DNA of 64,000 nt from Candidatus Eremiobacteria bacterium (GTDB taxonomy: Bacteria > Vulcanimicrobiota > Vulcanimicrobiia > Vulcanimicrobiales > Vulcanimicrobiaceae). The notes under the pieces were generated by a model. The model ran no database searches, was not told where the DNA came from, and was given only the letters and a program-made list of their open reading frames with translations. Below, piece by piece: positions 1-10,679 of this stretch (positions are counted from its first letter, which is position 1; every line of letters begins with the position of its first letter). The stretch is taken from contig CAVTRC010000001.1 of the NCBI GenBank assembly GCA_963737065.1, forward strand, positions 384,001-448,000, in the 5' to 3' direction. The position numbers and the translations under genes are program-made.

Positions 1-180
1 CGTCGCTGCGCAGCGCTTGCCGCGCGCTATGGATCGAAAGAATCGGCGCGATTCCAACCAATCGCGTAAGGACTGGTGAAGGTGCTTATGTCAACGCCGA
101 AACCATCGGCTATCAGCTGCGCATGTTCGTGTCCTGCTGCGATCAGGAGCTTTCGGATTTCGGAGCATACACAGCTTGCG

Positions 181-747
181 CTACTTCGAGTCCTTCGTGC
201 ATGTGGTCTTTACCGTCACAAGGTAGCCCGAAGGCTCCTTGAACGATGCGGCAGTGAACGACTTCCTGTCATTAATCTTCATCAATTTTCGTGGATCGTT
301 CACGGCGGTCGCATGCGACTGTGGATAAGCGAGGTCCGTCCATACGATCTTGTTTTTGTTCCAACCCGGTGACGTGCTCAAGTCGTATGCTCCATAGTTA
401 TCCATGCTGATATCCACCCATCGAGAAGTGGACGAATCAAAGGTTACGTACTCATTATTGACGATCGTGATTGGATTCCATGGCACGCTCTCGGTAACGG
501 TTCGCGTGACCATCCAATAGCCGTCAGGGCTGATTGACGTGGTAGATCGCGTTCGGAAAGCCGTCGGCCGACGGGAACTCATGACACTGCATGTCCACCT
601 TCCGGTCAAGAAGTGCATGCTCGAAAAATCGGGTTTTCTGTCTCGGGGAATCGGGGTGCTCTCTGTGCGAGGATGCTGCGCTAATGCTATACCGTTTAGG
701 AATGCGATTGCCAGCGTCACCATGCATGCAATACCGAAGCGAGGCAA
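181..747 (-). CDS. Secreted hypothetical protein (beta-rich, DUF1579/lipocalin-like)
   Basis: ORF 181..855; likely TTG start at 747 after AGGGGG; signal peptide (..AIAFLNGIALA); FLTGRWTC motif and C-terminal Cys. Confidence 0.6.
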   Translation of the reverse strand: MPRFGIACMVTLAIAFLNGIALAQHPRTESTPIPRDRKPDFSSMHFLTGRWTCSVMSSRRPTAFRTRSTTSISPDGYWMVTRTVTESVPWNPITIVNNEYVTFDSSTSRWVDISMDNYGAYDLSTSPGWNKNKIVWTDLAYPQSHATAVNDPRKLMKINDRKSFTAASFKEPSGYLVTVKTTCTKDSK

Positions 748-928
748 ATGACCCCCTAGAATTCCTGAAGGCGCTTGCGTACAAGTAACGGTTACTATCA
801 CGGTAGCAGCTCGACTGACGAGCCGTCGCGCCCATTCGGACGTTTTCAAGTACAAATGAGTAGTATTCGAAATGAACTGAAATTTGGTACAGTCGTGATC
901 CGCCCGGCCGGATACTAGGAGGCTCTAT

Positions 929-2041
929 ATGCATACTACCGCGCCCGTTACCGTGCGTCTAGACGAACTACGCGTCGTTTCGACGATGATCGACGGCAAA
1001 GGGCCGTATCATTTCGTGCTAGACACCGGAGCCGGCATCACCGTGATCACACCGGAACTCGCCGAACGCATCGGTCTCGAAGGAAAGAAAAGCGGGCAAG
1101 TTACCGGTAGCGCAACGGTACCGGTAAAGATGCTAACCTTGCAAGATGTACGCGTTGGACGCGCCGAAGTGCGCGGCGTTGCGGCTGCAATCGTTCCGCT
1201 ACCGCTCGATCTCACGTATCAGGGCGACTACGGCAGAATCGACGGTGTACTCGGTTACTCTTTTCTCTCGCACTTCGCCGTGACGATCGACCTGAAGGAC
1301 GACGTAGCTACGTTTACGCCGCCGCAAGCTTACCGAAAGCCGGCACGCGCGTACGGTGTTGGAGCCGATCTCTCCGATAAGACGCCCATCGTCGAAGGTC
1401 GCGCCGATGGATTCACGGGAACGTTTAAAATCGATACCGGTGACTCAGGAGCGCTGACGCTGACTGCGCGGTTCAGAGCAGCGCACAATGTCAAGGAGCG
1501 CTATTCGGATGGAGAACCGGAAATGCTGGAGGGTGTAGGCGGTATGGAGGCAGCCCTCGCGATCCGCGTGCAGACCTTTACACTTGCAGGAGCAGCAATT
1601 GGCAATGTAAGCGCCTCGCTTCCAGCTACGAAGACGGGGGTCTTGGGGACCGCAAGCGGCAACGTTGGCGTCGGCGTGCTGCGCCGCTTTACGTTCACGG
1701 TCGACTACACCGGCCGACGCGTCGACTTCATGCCGAACCATTTGATCGACTCATACGTACCGTATGAGTCAACGGGCCTAAAATCGATGCGACAGTTTGA
1801 CGGAACCTTTCGAGTGATCGCTGTCATTCCACATTCGGCCGGTGAGAAGGCCGGCGTTCAAGTCGGCGACGTGCTTATCACAATCAACGGCGATCAGCTC
1901 CGATCAATGAGCGTTGCTCAAATTGCGGACGCAATGACCGCTGATTCGGTGACATATCTCATCCGATCGGGAAAACATAGTCGCCGCGTGACGCTCCCGC
2001 TCTTCGACTTGCTTCCGCCTCGCTACGTCAGGAAGCGTTGA
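929..2041 (+). CDS. Aspartyl protease (two retropepsin-like domains) with C-terminal PDZ domain
   Basis: LDTGAG and IDTGDSG catalytic motifs, DGVLGYSFL; PDZ-like SAGEKAGVQVGDVLITING; AGGAGG RBS. Confidence 0.85.
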   Translation: MHTTAPVTVRLDELRVVSTMIDGKGPYHFVLDTGAGITVITPELAERIGLEGKKSGQVTGSATVPVKMLTLQDVRVGRAEVRGVAAAIVPLPLDLTYQGDYGRIDGVLGYSFLSHFAVTIDLKDDVATFTPPQAYRKPARAYGVGADLSDKTPIVEGRADGFTGTFKIDTGDSGALTLTARFRAAHNVKERYSDGEPEMLEGVGGMEAALAIRVQTFTLAGAAIGNVSASLPATKTGVLGTASGNVGVGVLRRFTFTVDYTGRRVDFMPNHLIDSYVPYESTGLKSMRQFDGTFRVIAVIPHSAGEKAGVQVGDVLITINGDQLRSMSVAQIADAMTADSVTYLIRSGKHSRRVTLPLFDLLPPRYVRKR

Positions 2042-2223
2042 ACCGGTGACGCACCCGTTCAACACCACGCAGTTGGATCCCATGCATCGGCGCAGACGTT
2101 CGTCAAACTCCGCGCGTGCCAAGCGCTAGCTACGTCAAACGATTTTTGAATTTCCAGCGCTTTGGGACCCGATCGTGCGGATGAAGCCGAATGCCGCCGG
2201 CGCGTTCCGCTGGTGATGCAAAG

Positions 2224-2733
2224 CTAGCCGAGTTCGGCGTCTCCAGCCGGCGCGGGCGGCACATTCCTTGCCTCCTCGCTAAGCCGCAGTCGCCGTCGCG
2301 CGGAAAACATCGCACCGTGTGCGGGCTGAATGGGCGCGAACGCAGAGAACCCTATCTCCCTTTTCACGTCGTCGTAGATCGCCTCCATGCCGCCACGGGC
2401 GAAATAGGTCTCATGCCAGAAGCCGGTACCGCCGGAATTTTTCACGTATTCCTGCCACCAGACTTGGTGCGGCTCGCTGCGCGCCCAGCGCTCCAACGAG
2501 TCGAAGTCGCGCCAGTACTGCCGCATGCCTGCGTGCGGCGGAACAAGCGAATAGACGATATTTTCGTGCAACAGTAATCCATCGGGTTTTTCCGCGACGC
2601 TGCTCTGGATTTTTGGGCCAAATCCAAACAGTGTTTTCAAGCCAGCCCATGTTCGAACGCGCATACCGAGATAAATAACGACGAGATCGGGATAACCAGA
2701 AAGATCGACGGTTAACCGTTGGACCGGCGCCAT
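2224..2733 (-). CDS. DUF4188 / aldoxime dehydratase-like family protein
   Basis: DLVVIYLGMR, RQYWRDFDSLERWARSEPH, GFWHETY motifs; GGAGG upstream. Confidence 0.8.
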   Translation of the reverse strand: MAPVQRLTVDLSGYPDLVVIYLGMRVRTWAGLKTLFGFGPKIQSSVAEKPDGLLLHENIVYSLVPPHAGMRQYWRDFDSLERWARSEPHQVWWQEYVKNSGGTGFWHETYFARGGMEAIYDDVKREIGFSAFAPIQPAHGAMFSARRRLRLSEEARNVPPAPAGDAELG

Positions 2734-2849
2734 AGCGTGCCTCCGGGAGTGCCGCAGAGCGGCGTCCTCGACGTGGCAACGGATGCTCGCGATTCCGCGC
2801 TACGCAACAGTCGCCCTATACTTGTTTGGGTTCGGCATTGTGGTTCCGG

Positions 2850-3060
2850 ATCGGTGCAAGCTCCATGAACAGTAAATCCGCGGCAACATCCCGCGCCACT
2901 TCGCTCGCTGCATTAGCAGGCCGTTGAATTTCAACGAGCCGGGTTTGCGATAGAGCTGGATCGCTTTCCCCGTCGTCGGTACGTGCGTGCCCAAACGCAT
3001 CTGTTGATATCGGCATGTACGCGCGTGCGATGTTTGGCGATCAAAGCAGTCCGGAGCTGC
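2850..3060 (-). pseudogene. Possible degenerate GNAT acetyltransferase C-terminal remnant
   Basis: Pieces in different frames read ALIA / HARTCRYQQMRLGT..KAIQLYRK / VEI..ADLLFMEL, resembling a GNAT C-terminus; boundaries approximate. Confidence 0.3.
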
Positions 3061-3791
3061 TCGAGCCAATCGGCGCGGCGCGCCATGAGCACGAACGTGG
3101 CGACCCGTGCTGGAAAGCTGGATGGAGAGCTCACGCCCGATACGTGCGGTGCACCGGTAATTAATACCCTGCCACCGTTCATCGCTGGTCGGCCCGTGGT
3201 TATCCGGACGACCGAAGAGGCGTTTAAACAGTCGTTGCACGCAATTGTCCTCATCATAAAGAACATGGCCGACCGCAATTCGGTTTTCTCGTACTGGCAC
3301 GCCTTCAACGCGAACGCAAAGGATACCGTCAAGAACCTCGACAGGTTCGGACGATCTAACGCACGTTCGGACGAAATTGTGGCGCATCAGTATGGCGAAG
3401 GCCACTCTCGCCATTGTGCGAAAGGCTTCGGATCTTTCGGAGTGGCCGATTTGCTGGCTGGTCAGCTCGCTAAGCGTCGCAGTCGCTCGCGTCCCGAAGA
3501 CACTGCTGGCCGCTCCGTCGATGCCGGCTCGCGTGGGCGTACGCTGCGGTTGACATCGAACTGTGCCTCGACGTCCGCAAAGAGCGCGGCGACGAGATTC
3601 CTGCCTCCGAAGCCCAGCGGACACGGAGGCACTAAACTATGATAAAAAAGTCGCACAGTGAGCGCTCGCGTTAATCGGATTCGCTTTCATTATTGCGATC
3701 TTCGTCGTGCGAGATCACAACCTCGCCTACACGCTATCGGTTACCGGCCGTATCATCATGGCGCTAAACAACTCCTTTCTCGGAGGGCCTG

Positions 3792-4087
3792 ATGCCGAAG
3801 TCGAGCCGCATAATCGTCGCAATAACTGTACCCGTTTCGCTGGTAGCGGTATGGACAATCTACTTCCTCGGTGGAAAAGCGCCTTACTTAACCGTCGCAT
3901 TGGTTGTTTTTATAGGCTTTGCTTTCGCATGCTACAGCACGTCTCGGCGTCTCGCGTCGCCATGTTTGGGTTCGGCATGGGCGCGTATGGGCTCTCCTAT
4001 CTACTGGTCGGCACACTGCCTGCGGCGCTGCTGTGGCAGTGCGAGCACCAACTGTACAACGTTGCTTTCAAACGGGCAGCAAACTAA
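3792..4087 (+). CDS. Small membrane protein, apparently frameshifted near 3950
   Basis: GGAGG RBS then hydrophobic MPKSSRIIVAITVPVSLVAVW..; hydrophobic continuation VAMFGFGMGAYGLSYLLV in ORF 3707..4087. Confidence 0.4.
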
Positions 4088-4589
4088 GATGCTGCGATTT
4101 ACGAATCTGCGCTTTACGTTGTCCTTGTTCTCCTAGCGATTGGCACGGCTTCTAGTGGCCGCTAAGAAACTTCTTCGCCAGTAACTACGCCTATGCGAGC
4201 AACAGTAGTGCAGCCGTGACAACGAATCCAGACGGCTCCATTGTTAGCGACGTGGCGCCGACGCCGCGCATGGGCCATGGCACCCGCACATCATGCCGTT
4301 CATCGCACAATCAGCGGTCGCGAACTGGTCCGCCGGATTCGATGGCTCTCCCGTGATCCTGGGCCCATACCAGCGCGCGTACGAGCCGAATACCATCTTT
4401 ATTCCCGTGCGCGCGTGGTCGGACGGCACGGCCGACGTGCTCAATCGCGCGTGACACGTACATAATTTCCGCGCGCCACGCTGCTCGCCAGGTAACGATC
4501 ACTACAGACGTTCCGCGTAGGAAGCGGTGGTTCTAGACGCTACCGCGACAATGGCTCTTGAGTGGCGGTGCGATTCTACCTACCATCTT

Positions 4590-5210
4590 ATGATGAACAA
4601 GCGGTACAGGATCGGTCGAGCATATTTCTTCTTGATGGGAATCCTTTCGGCATTGTTTGCGGTGACCGGCACAGATGCAAGGGCGACGAGCTGCTTGGAT
4701 ACCGCGATGAAAGGCATCGATCGACGGTCTTCGACCGCGCGGTCATTCGATTTTTTTGAAGGCCACTGGACCGTGTCGATGCAACAACGAAAAATCGATC
4801 GTGAATTGCACCCATCATCACACTGGGTGCGCTTTCCGGCAACGGTTTCAGTGCGGCGCGTGCTCGAGGGCGCAGGCTTTGAAGAAGACTATACCCTTAT
4901 CAAGCCGCGTGGCTCGAAATATGCAATCGGTACTCGGCTGTACGACCCAAGAAAGAATCAATGGGCGATCTACTGGGCGAACAAAGACGACGGCCAATGG
5001 CAGCCTCCCGCCATTGGAGGTTTCAAGACGGCGGCGGGATTTACCGTAATTTACGACGACACGTGGGCGTCGCGTCCGATCTTGACTCGATACGAGTGGA
5101 CGACCCGAGATCCGAATCATCCGAGTTGGGTTCAATCACTTTCCGGCAATTGCGGCGCAACGTGGATTTCGAACTGGATAATGCAGTTTTCACGATTGAA
5201 GCGACGCTAA
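4590..5210 (+). CDS. DUF1579-like exported protein
   Basis: FDFFEGHW, RLYDP..QWAIYW, WVQSLS..GATW.SNWIM motifs; signal-like N-terminus; start uncertain. Confidence 0.7.
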   Translation: MMNKRYRIGRAYFFLMGILSALFAVTGTDARATSCLDTAMKGIDRRSSTARSFDFFEGHWTVSMQQRKIDRELHPSSHWVRFPATVSVRRVLEGAGFEEDYTLIKPRGSKYAIGTRLYDPRKNQWAIYWANKDDGQWQPPAIGGFKTAAGFTVIYDDTWASRPILTRYEWTTRDPNHPSWVQSLSGNCGATWISNWIMQFSRLKRR

Positions 5211-5420
5211 GATCGGTGAGTGAAAGATTGTCCGATATTCGGGTGGCTGGGATAAACGAATGCCATGAATAAAATGCGAAAGGATGCGCCTACATGCGAG
5301 TCCGGCCACATGAGGAAATCGAACGCAAACTGCGCGATGAAGATCTTCAGGTAGGCCGTCTCGCGCAGATAAATGTCCGCGTTCAGGTCTATCCGTGCCG
5401 GGGAAGAGCGGCCTGAGTTC

Positions 5421-5957
5421 TCAAACGACGACGCGCAGATGCTTTCGCCGATACGCGCTTCCGGCCTCGCCGAATTCCGCTTCGGTCACTAAGACCAGTT
5501 GGTCATTCTCAGTCGCGCGATTAGCTGACAGCAGAAGAACGATGTCGCTAGAAGATCTGCAGTGCGCTTCGAGCGCCGGCGCGATAAATTCTTCTCTGCC
5601 ACCCGTCCGTTCATCGTTGACGATTTCACGAATAACGCGCGCCGGATACGCTAGATAGAGTTCGTTGGCCTGGCGCACGACCGCGGCGCGTTCGGTGTAC
5701 TTGCGCAATATGTCGGCTACGCTTGGACGTGCAATGAATACCAGATGGACCCTGTTGCCGAGTGGGCACTCGAGGGCGACCCGCCGTGAACCGACGTCCC
5801 AGAAAATCGTGTCGTCGTCTTCGACCGGCGCTGCAGTGACGAACACCGAGCGTACCATCGCAGTAGCATCATCGTGCGTCCGAACGACGATCTCGAGGAC
5901 GAGCGACTCCCGAACGTTCTCCATCCTCGTTTCGTTCGCGTATGGCAGGTAGTTCAC
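5421..5957 (-). CDS. Hypothetical protein
   Basis: 178-aa ORF with protein-like composition; no recognised motif. Confidence 0.45.
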   Translation of the reverse strand: MNYLPYANETRMENVRESLVLEIVVRTHDDATAMVRSVFVTAAPVEDDDTIFWDVGSRRVALECPLGNRVHLVFIARPSVADILRKYTERAAVVRQANELYLAYPARVIREIVNDERTGGREEFIAPALEAHCRSSSDIVLLLSANRATENDQLVLVTEAEFGEAGSAYRRKHLRVVV

Positions 5958-6109
5958 TTGGAGTCATAAGCCCCAATGAACCGCTGCCGCACGCCCTATC
6001 AAGATGGCGGAGCGAACTCCCGGCGGTGATTTGCAACCTAACCGTCCCATCGCCTGGTAGGAGCGTCTACAGCAAGTCCTCGAAGCGACCGCTCGGGGAG
6101 GCGCTTTTC

Positions 6110-6460
6110 ATGAAGGGCGATGGGAATCGGGACGTCGCGTACTACGTTCTGGCATCAGCGACGATCGCGATAACGATCATTTCGTTCAGGGCTTCGCACG
6201 AATTCGGTTTTGTCTTATCAGGGATGGGTGCGGATCTGTTCCTCGTTTCCGGTTGGCGCAGCTCTTTCAATTTCGACGATCGAACCGCACTCAACATCAT
6301 GCTTTTCGCGCTTTTGGTCGCCGTCCCGTTGCAACTGTACTCATTCCAATATCATGTTATGTGGCCGGGCTCCGTCGGAAGCGCGGCGACTCTCGCTGGG
6401 GCATTTCTTCTTATGCGCCGCGCAAAGCGTATCTCGAAACAAAGAAGCGCCGCTTCATAG
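6110..6460 (+). CDS. Small multi-pass membrane protein
   Basis: GGGGAGG RBS before ATG 6110; about four hydrophobic segments and a basic tail. Confidence 0.55.
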   Translation: MKGDGNRDVAYYVLASATIAITIISFRASHEFGFVLSGMGADLFLVSGWRSSFNFDDRTALNIMLFALLVAVPLQLYSFQYHVMWPGSVGSAATLAGAFLLMRRAKRISKQRSAAS

Positions 6461-6472
6461 TCTGCGCTCTTT

Positions 6473-9400
6473 CTAATGCGCTGCGCTCATCGCCGCGCGT
6501 AGCTTTGCCTCGGCTCTTGCGGCGTCGGAGCTCAGTTTGTCGAACACCTCGTACTCCGCGGCGGTCGGACGGACGTATCCTGTGTCGACTTCCGCGTTGA
6601 GGTACGCGATGAAACTGCGTAAGCGCGATTCGTACAGCAGCGCGCCTTCATCGGACTGCTTATGCACGAGATCGACCACATTGCCGATCGCATCATCCAG
6701 TTGCTTCGCAGCCGCGCTACCCGCGAGCAACCTTCGCGCGCGCCGCAACCGCCTCGTTCACAGTGCGATCCAGCGCGTCTTGCAATGCGTGGATCTTCAA
6801 GCCGAGATCGCGACGTGCCGCGAGATCAGCCGCCGTTGCGGTACTGCGCGGATCGAGCGTCAGCACGAGCGGCTGCGACACCGTCGCACCACCATACGAA
6901 AGCGTCACCGTGTAGTTCCCCGGCACGATCTGCGCTCCGAGCAGCGAATCATCGAGCCCACCGCCGGAACCCGACGGTTCGAATCCGGTAATCTCGGTCG
7001 AATCCGGATACCGAAGATCCCACTGGAACGTATTCATGCCCGGCGCAATACCGGTGAGCCGTTCGTAGGCATGCTGACGATCTTCCGTCGGATGATAACG
7101 CTCGCTCGGCGCTTCGGGCTCACCGCGTTGCCGCATGTGAAGATCGAACGTGCGCACGACGTTGCCGGCACTATCTTTGAACGTCAACGACGCCGGCGTG
7201 CTACCGCTGTACGACCGCGGCACGTAAAAGATCACCGCTGCGCCGAACAGCGGATTCTCACCGTTGCCCGCCGCATTCGGTCCGCCGCCGAACATCGGTG
7301 CACCATACGCATGCGTCAACCACGCGCGCTGCGGTTGATAGAGAACTGCCCCATTCGCATTCGACGGAGACGCCTTCGCGAGTTGCTCGAGCAACGTCAG
7401 GTTATCGAGCACCCACATCGAGCGGCCATGCGTTGCGATCACAACCTTGCCTTCACGGCTGTTGATCGCGACATCGCGCACCTGAACGTTCGGCAGGTTG
7501 AGCGTCAGCGGTTGCCAGTGATTCGCACCATCGAAGCTCACGAAGATCGTGCTCTTCGTTGTCAGGAAGAACAGGTTCGGCGCGTTCGGATCCTGCCGCA
7601 CCGTGTACAAATACTGATCGGTAGGCACACCATCGGCGATTGCCGTCCATGTCTTGCCGAAATCCGTCGTCTTGTAGATGTACGGATGAAAATCGTCGTA
7701 CTGATAACGCGACGCGGTGAGGTATGCCGTGCCTTTCTCGGTGTGCGACGCTTCGATCGACGTAATTTCCGCCCACTGCGGCAATGCCGGCGGCGTGATC
7801 GCCGTCCACGTCGCACCATGATCGGTCGTCACGTGCACCAGACCGTCCGCCGATCCGGCCCACATCTCGTTGCCGTCAAGCGGTGAAACCGAAAGCGCGG
7901 AGACATATGGGAAAATCTCGGCACTCGACGCATCGACATCGATCGGACCGCCGCTCGCCGCTTCGCTTTTCGGATCGTTGCGCGTCAGGTCCGGACTGAT
8001 CTTCTTCCATGTTTGCCCGTAATCGGTGCTGCTGAGCACGTATTGCGCGCCGACCAGCAGTTCTTTCGGATTCGTCGGCGAGAAAATAATGGGATGCGTC
8101 CACGCGAGCCGGTACTCGAGCTCGCCGGAACTTGCGCCTTCGCGGTAGAGCGGGTACGGACTGACGCTATTGTACTCGTCAGTCGTATTATCGTGGCGCA
8201 TCATGATGCTGTAGTAGCCGCTGCCGTAGTCGATATTGACGTTGCCCGGCTGCGGTGCGACGTACGTGCTCTCGCCCAGCGCCGTGCGCCGCCAATCGCT
8301 CGTCAAAACAACGCCGCCTGAAGCCGCGCTCGGCCCTTCCCATGAACCTTCGTCTTGTTGCGCGCCGTAAATGTTAAACGGAAACGCTTCGTCGAGCGCG
8401 ACGTGATAAAACTGCGCCGTGAGTTGATTGTGCTCGGTGCTCCACGTCTTGCCGCGGTCGGTCGACACCGTGCCGCCGCCGTCGTTGCCCTCCAGAATGA
8501 TGTTCGAATTCTTCGGATCGATCCACACGATGTGATTGTCGCCATGCGGCGGACGTAACAAGCTGAAATGATAGCCGCCGTCATGCGAAACGAAAAACCG
8601 TGCGTTCGGCACGTAAATCGTGTTCGGATCACTCGGATCGGTATAGACGGCCGTGTAATAGAACGCCCGCTGACGCATCTCCATGCTGTCGTTCACGCGC
8701 TTCCAGCGAGCGCCGCCGTCGTCCGACCGAAAGACGCCGCCATCCTTTGCTTGCACGATCGCATACACGATCTTCGGATTGCTCTGCGCGATGCTCACGC
8801 CGATACGTCCCAGCACGCCGATCGCAAACCCGGGATTCGTCGAGATTTTCGTCCAGTGCGCGCCGCCGTCGGTCGTTTTATAGAGACCGCTACGGGGACC
8901 GCCTGAACTCAGTCCCCACGCTCGGCGATAGGCCTGCCACATCGAAGCATAGAGCGTGTTCGGATGTGAATTATCCATCACGAGATCGATCGCGCCGGTC
9001 GCGTCGTCAATGTAGAGAATCTTGCGCCAATGCGCTCCACCGTCCGTCGACTTGAAAATCCCGCGGTCGGGATTATTCGCGTATACATGACCCATTGAGG
9101 CCGCATACACCACGTTGGCATCGTGCGGGTCGACCACGATCTTTGCGATCGTATGCGTGTCCTTTAGCCCCGAGTAGTGCCACGTTTTGCCGGCGTTCGT
9201 CGTCTTGTACACGCCGTCGCCGGTGATAAACGTGTTGCGTATATCAGCCTCGCCGGTGCCTGCGTAGATGACGTTCGGATTCGACGGGGCAACGGCAAGC
9301 GCGCCGATGCTATTCGAAGCATTCAGCTGGCCGTCGGTAATGTTCGTCCACGTGAGGCCATAGTTCGTCGAACGCCATACGCCGCCGTCAACCCCGCCGA

Positions 9401-9602
9401 AGTAAAACGTAAACGGATTTCCGGGTACGGCATCAACGGCGACCGCGCGCCCGCCGATGCCGGGCCCGACGTTACGCCAATGCAGCGCTCTTAAAACGGT
9501 TTCCGTACTGGGCGCAGCAGTTTGCGCCCCGGTTGGTATAGCAGCAAGGAACAGCAATGCAGCGATCCCCGCAAATCGCTTCGTTCTCCACATGCTGCGC
9601 AC
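6473..9602 (-). CDS. VPS10/BNR (Asp-box) repeat glycosyl hydrolase-like protein, frameshifted near 6731
   Basis: Many S/T-x-D-G-G-x-x-W repeats, WRNVGPGIGGR start, signal peptide; helical C-terminus continues in ORF 6473..6748. Confidence 0.85.
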
Positions 9603-9614
9603 TTTGACGAGCGA

Positions 9615-9636
9615 CGGGTAGTGCCTCCACTACCCG
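9615..9636 (-). terminator. Intergenic hairpin downstream of alanine racemase
   Basis: CGGGTAGTG-cctc-CACTACCCG perfect 9-bp stem; no clear U-tract. Confidence 0.4.
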
Positions 9637-9665
9637 CCTACAAACAAGAATTGACTTACATCAAT

Positions 9666-10679
9666 TCAGCGCGCAGATTGCGGGAGCGCGCAGTGATGCG
9701 CCAGGCCGAGCGTTGTGACGATTTGATGCGGTAACAGGTTTGCGGCAGCCGCGAGTTCATCGAGGTCGTCGTCGGCTCCGAGAACTTGCGTCTCGTCGCC
9801 GGTGGTCGCATCGTCGAGGACGCTGTACTGCATTCCCACCGAAAGAATGTTGCGATACGGCCGCGTAACGCGCGGGAAACCGTCGCTATAGCCGCAGCGC
9901 ACCACGCTAACGCGAGACCCGGCTGGAAGCGTTGCGGTGCCATACCCCGCACCGAGGCTGCCGTCGGAACCGATCCGATCGACAACCGGCGCACAAACGT
10001 CGATCGCGCACGTCAGCGGCGTCGTCGCATCAGGCTTCCCCGCGCCGAAGAGCCCGACACCAACACGTATGGTCTTGTCGCAGCTACGGCTGCGACTCGC
10101 CGGAAACGTGCTCTCGACGTCTTCTCCGACGACGTGAACGCCGCGGTTTCGAAATGCTGCGACGAATCGAACGAACTTCTCGCGATCGACCGCCTCGGTA
10201 TCGTCGTTGGTAAGATGCGTCCACAACTCCACACGCATATGAGAATCGGCGAGGAGCGTCGCGTATCCGTGCGCGTCTTCGATGTCGATTGCCGACCACC
10301 CGGCCGCCAAACGTAGCCCGAGCCGAACGGTTATTTCTGAGGCATCCGAGCGCATCGCGAGCGCGGACAACGAATCCAGACGAGCAACGTTGACGATGCC
10401 GCGAAGGTCCGCCGCGCGGGTCGCGTCTTGCGGGCCCCCATCGTACAACGTCGCAGCCGGCGCCTGCGTCATCGCGCGTACCCGCTTGAGCTCATGGACG
10501 TCCGAAACGACGAATCCGTCGGCGACGCCGTCGAGTTCGCGAACGACGCGCTCGAGGCCAAAGCCGTAACCATTCGCTTTCACGACGGCTCGCACCGCGG
10601 CGCCCGTTCGCTGCTTCCACGCGCAGACGTTGTCGCGAAGCGCCATGCCGCGAAGGTTTATCGTCGGCGCGTCGTTCAT
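9666..10679 (-). CDS. alr: Alanine racemase family protein (divergent)
   Basis: VVKANGYGFG PLP-lysine motif, RVGVGLFG, AGYG, GYSDG; ATG 10679 overlaps upstream stop (ATGA). Confidence 0.75.
   Translation of the reverse strand: MNDAPTINLRGMALRDNVCAWKQRTGAAVRAVVKANGYGFGLERVVRELDGVADGFVVSDVHELKRVRAMTQAPAATLYDGGPQDATRAADLRGIVNVARLDSLSALAMRSDASEITVRLGLRLAAGWSAIDIEDAHGYATLLADSHMRVELWTHLTNDDTEAVDREKFVRFVAAFRNRGVHVVGEDVESTFPASRSRSCDKTIRVGVGLFGAGKPDATTPLTCAIDVCAPVVDRIGSDGSLGAGYGTATLPAGSRVSVVRCGYSDGFPRVTRPYRNILSVGMQYSVLDDATTGDETQVLGADDDLDELAAAANLLPHQIVTTLGLAHHCALPQSAR

Noticed and set aside
2800..3642. Long overlapping ORFs 2800..3624 (-) and 2983..3642 (+)
   Set aside because: No recognisable family or RBS and mutually overlapping; cannot choose a real gene.
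4165..4230. NYAYASNSSAAVTTNPDG resembling an RHS core terminus (possible orphan toxin cassette)
   Set aside because: Spacing and the conserved P/DPxG residues do not fit, there is no open frame with a start, and no YD repeats are nearby.
6537..7886. 449-aa plus-strand ORF and similar long antisense ORFs (e.g. 40153..40980, 55650..56519, 60948..62012)
   Set aside because: Arg-rich shadow frames opposite well-supported genes, expected in high-GC DNA.
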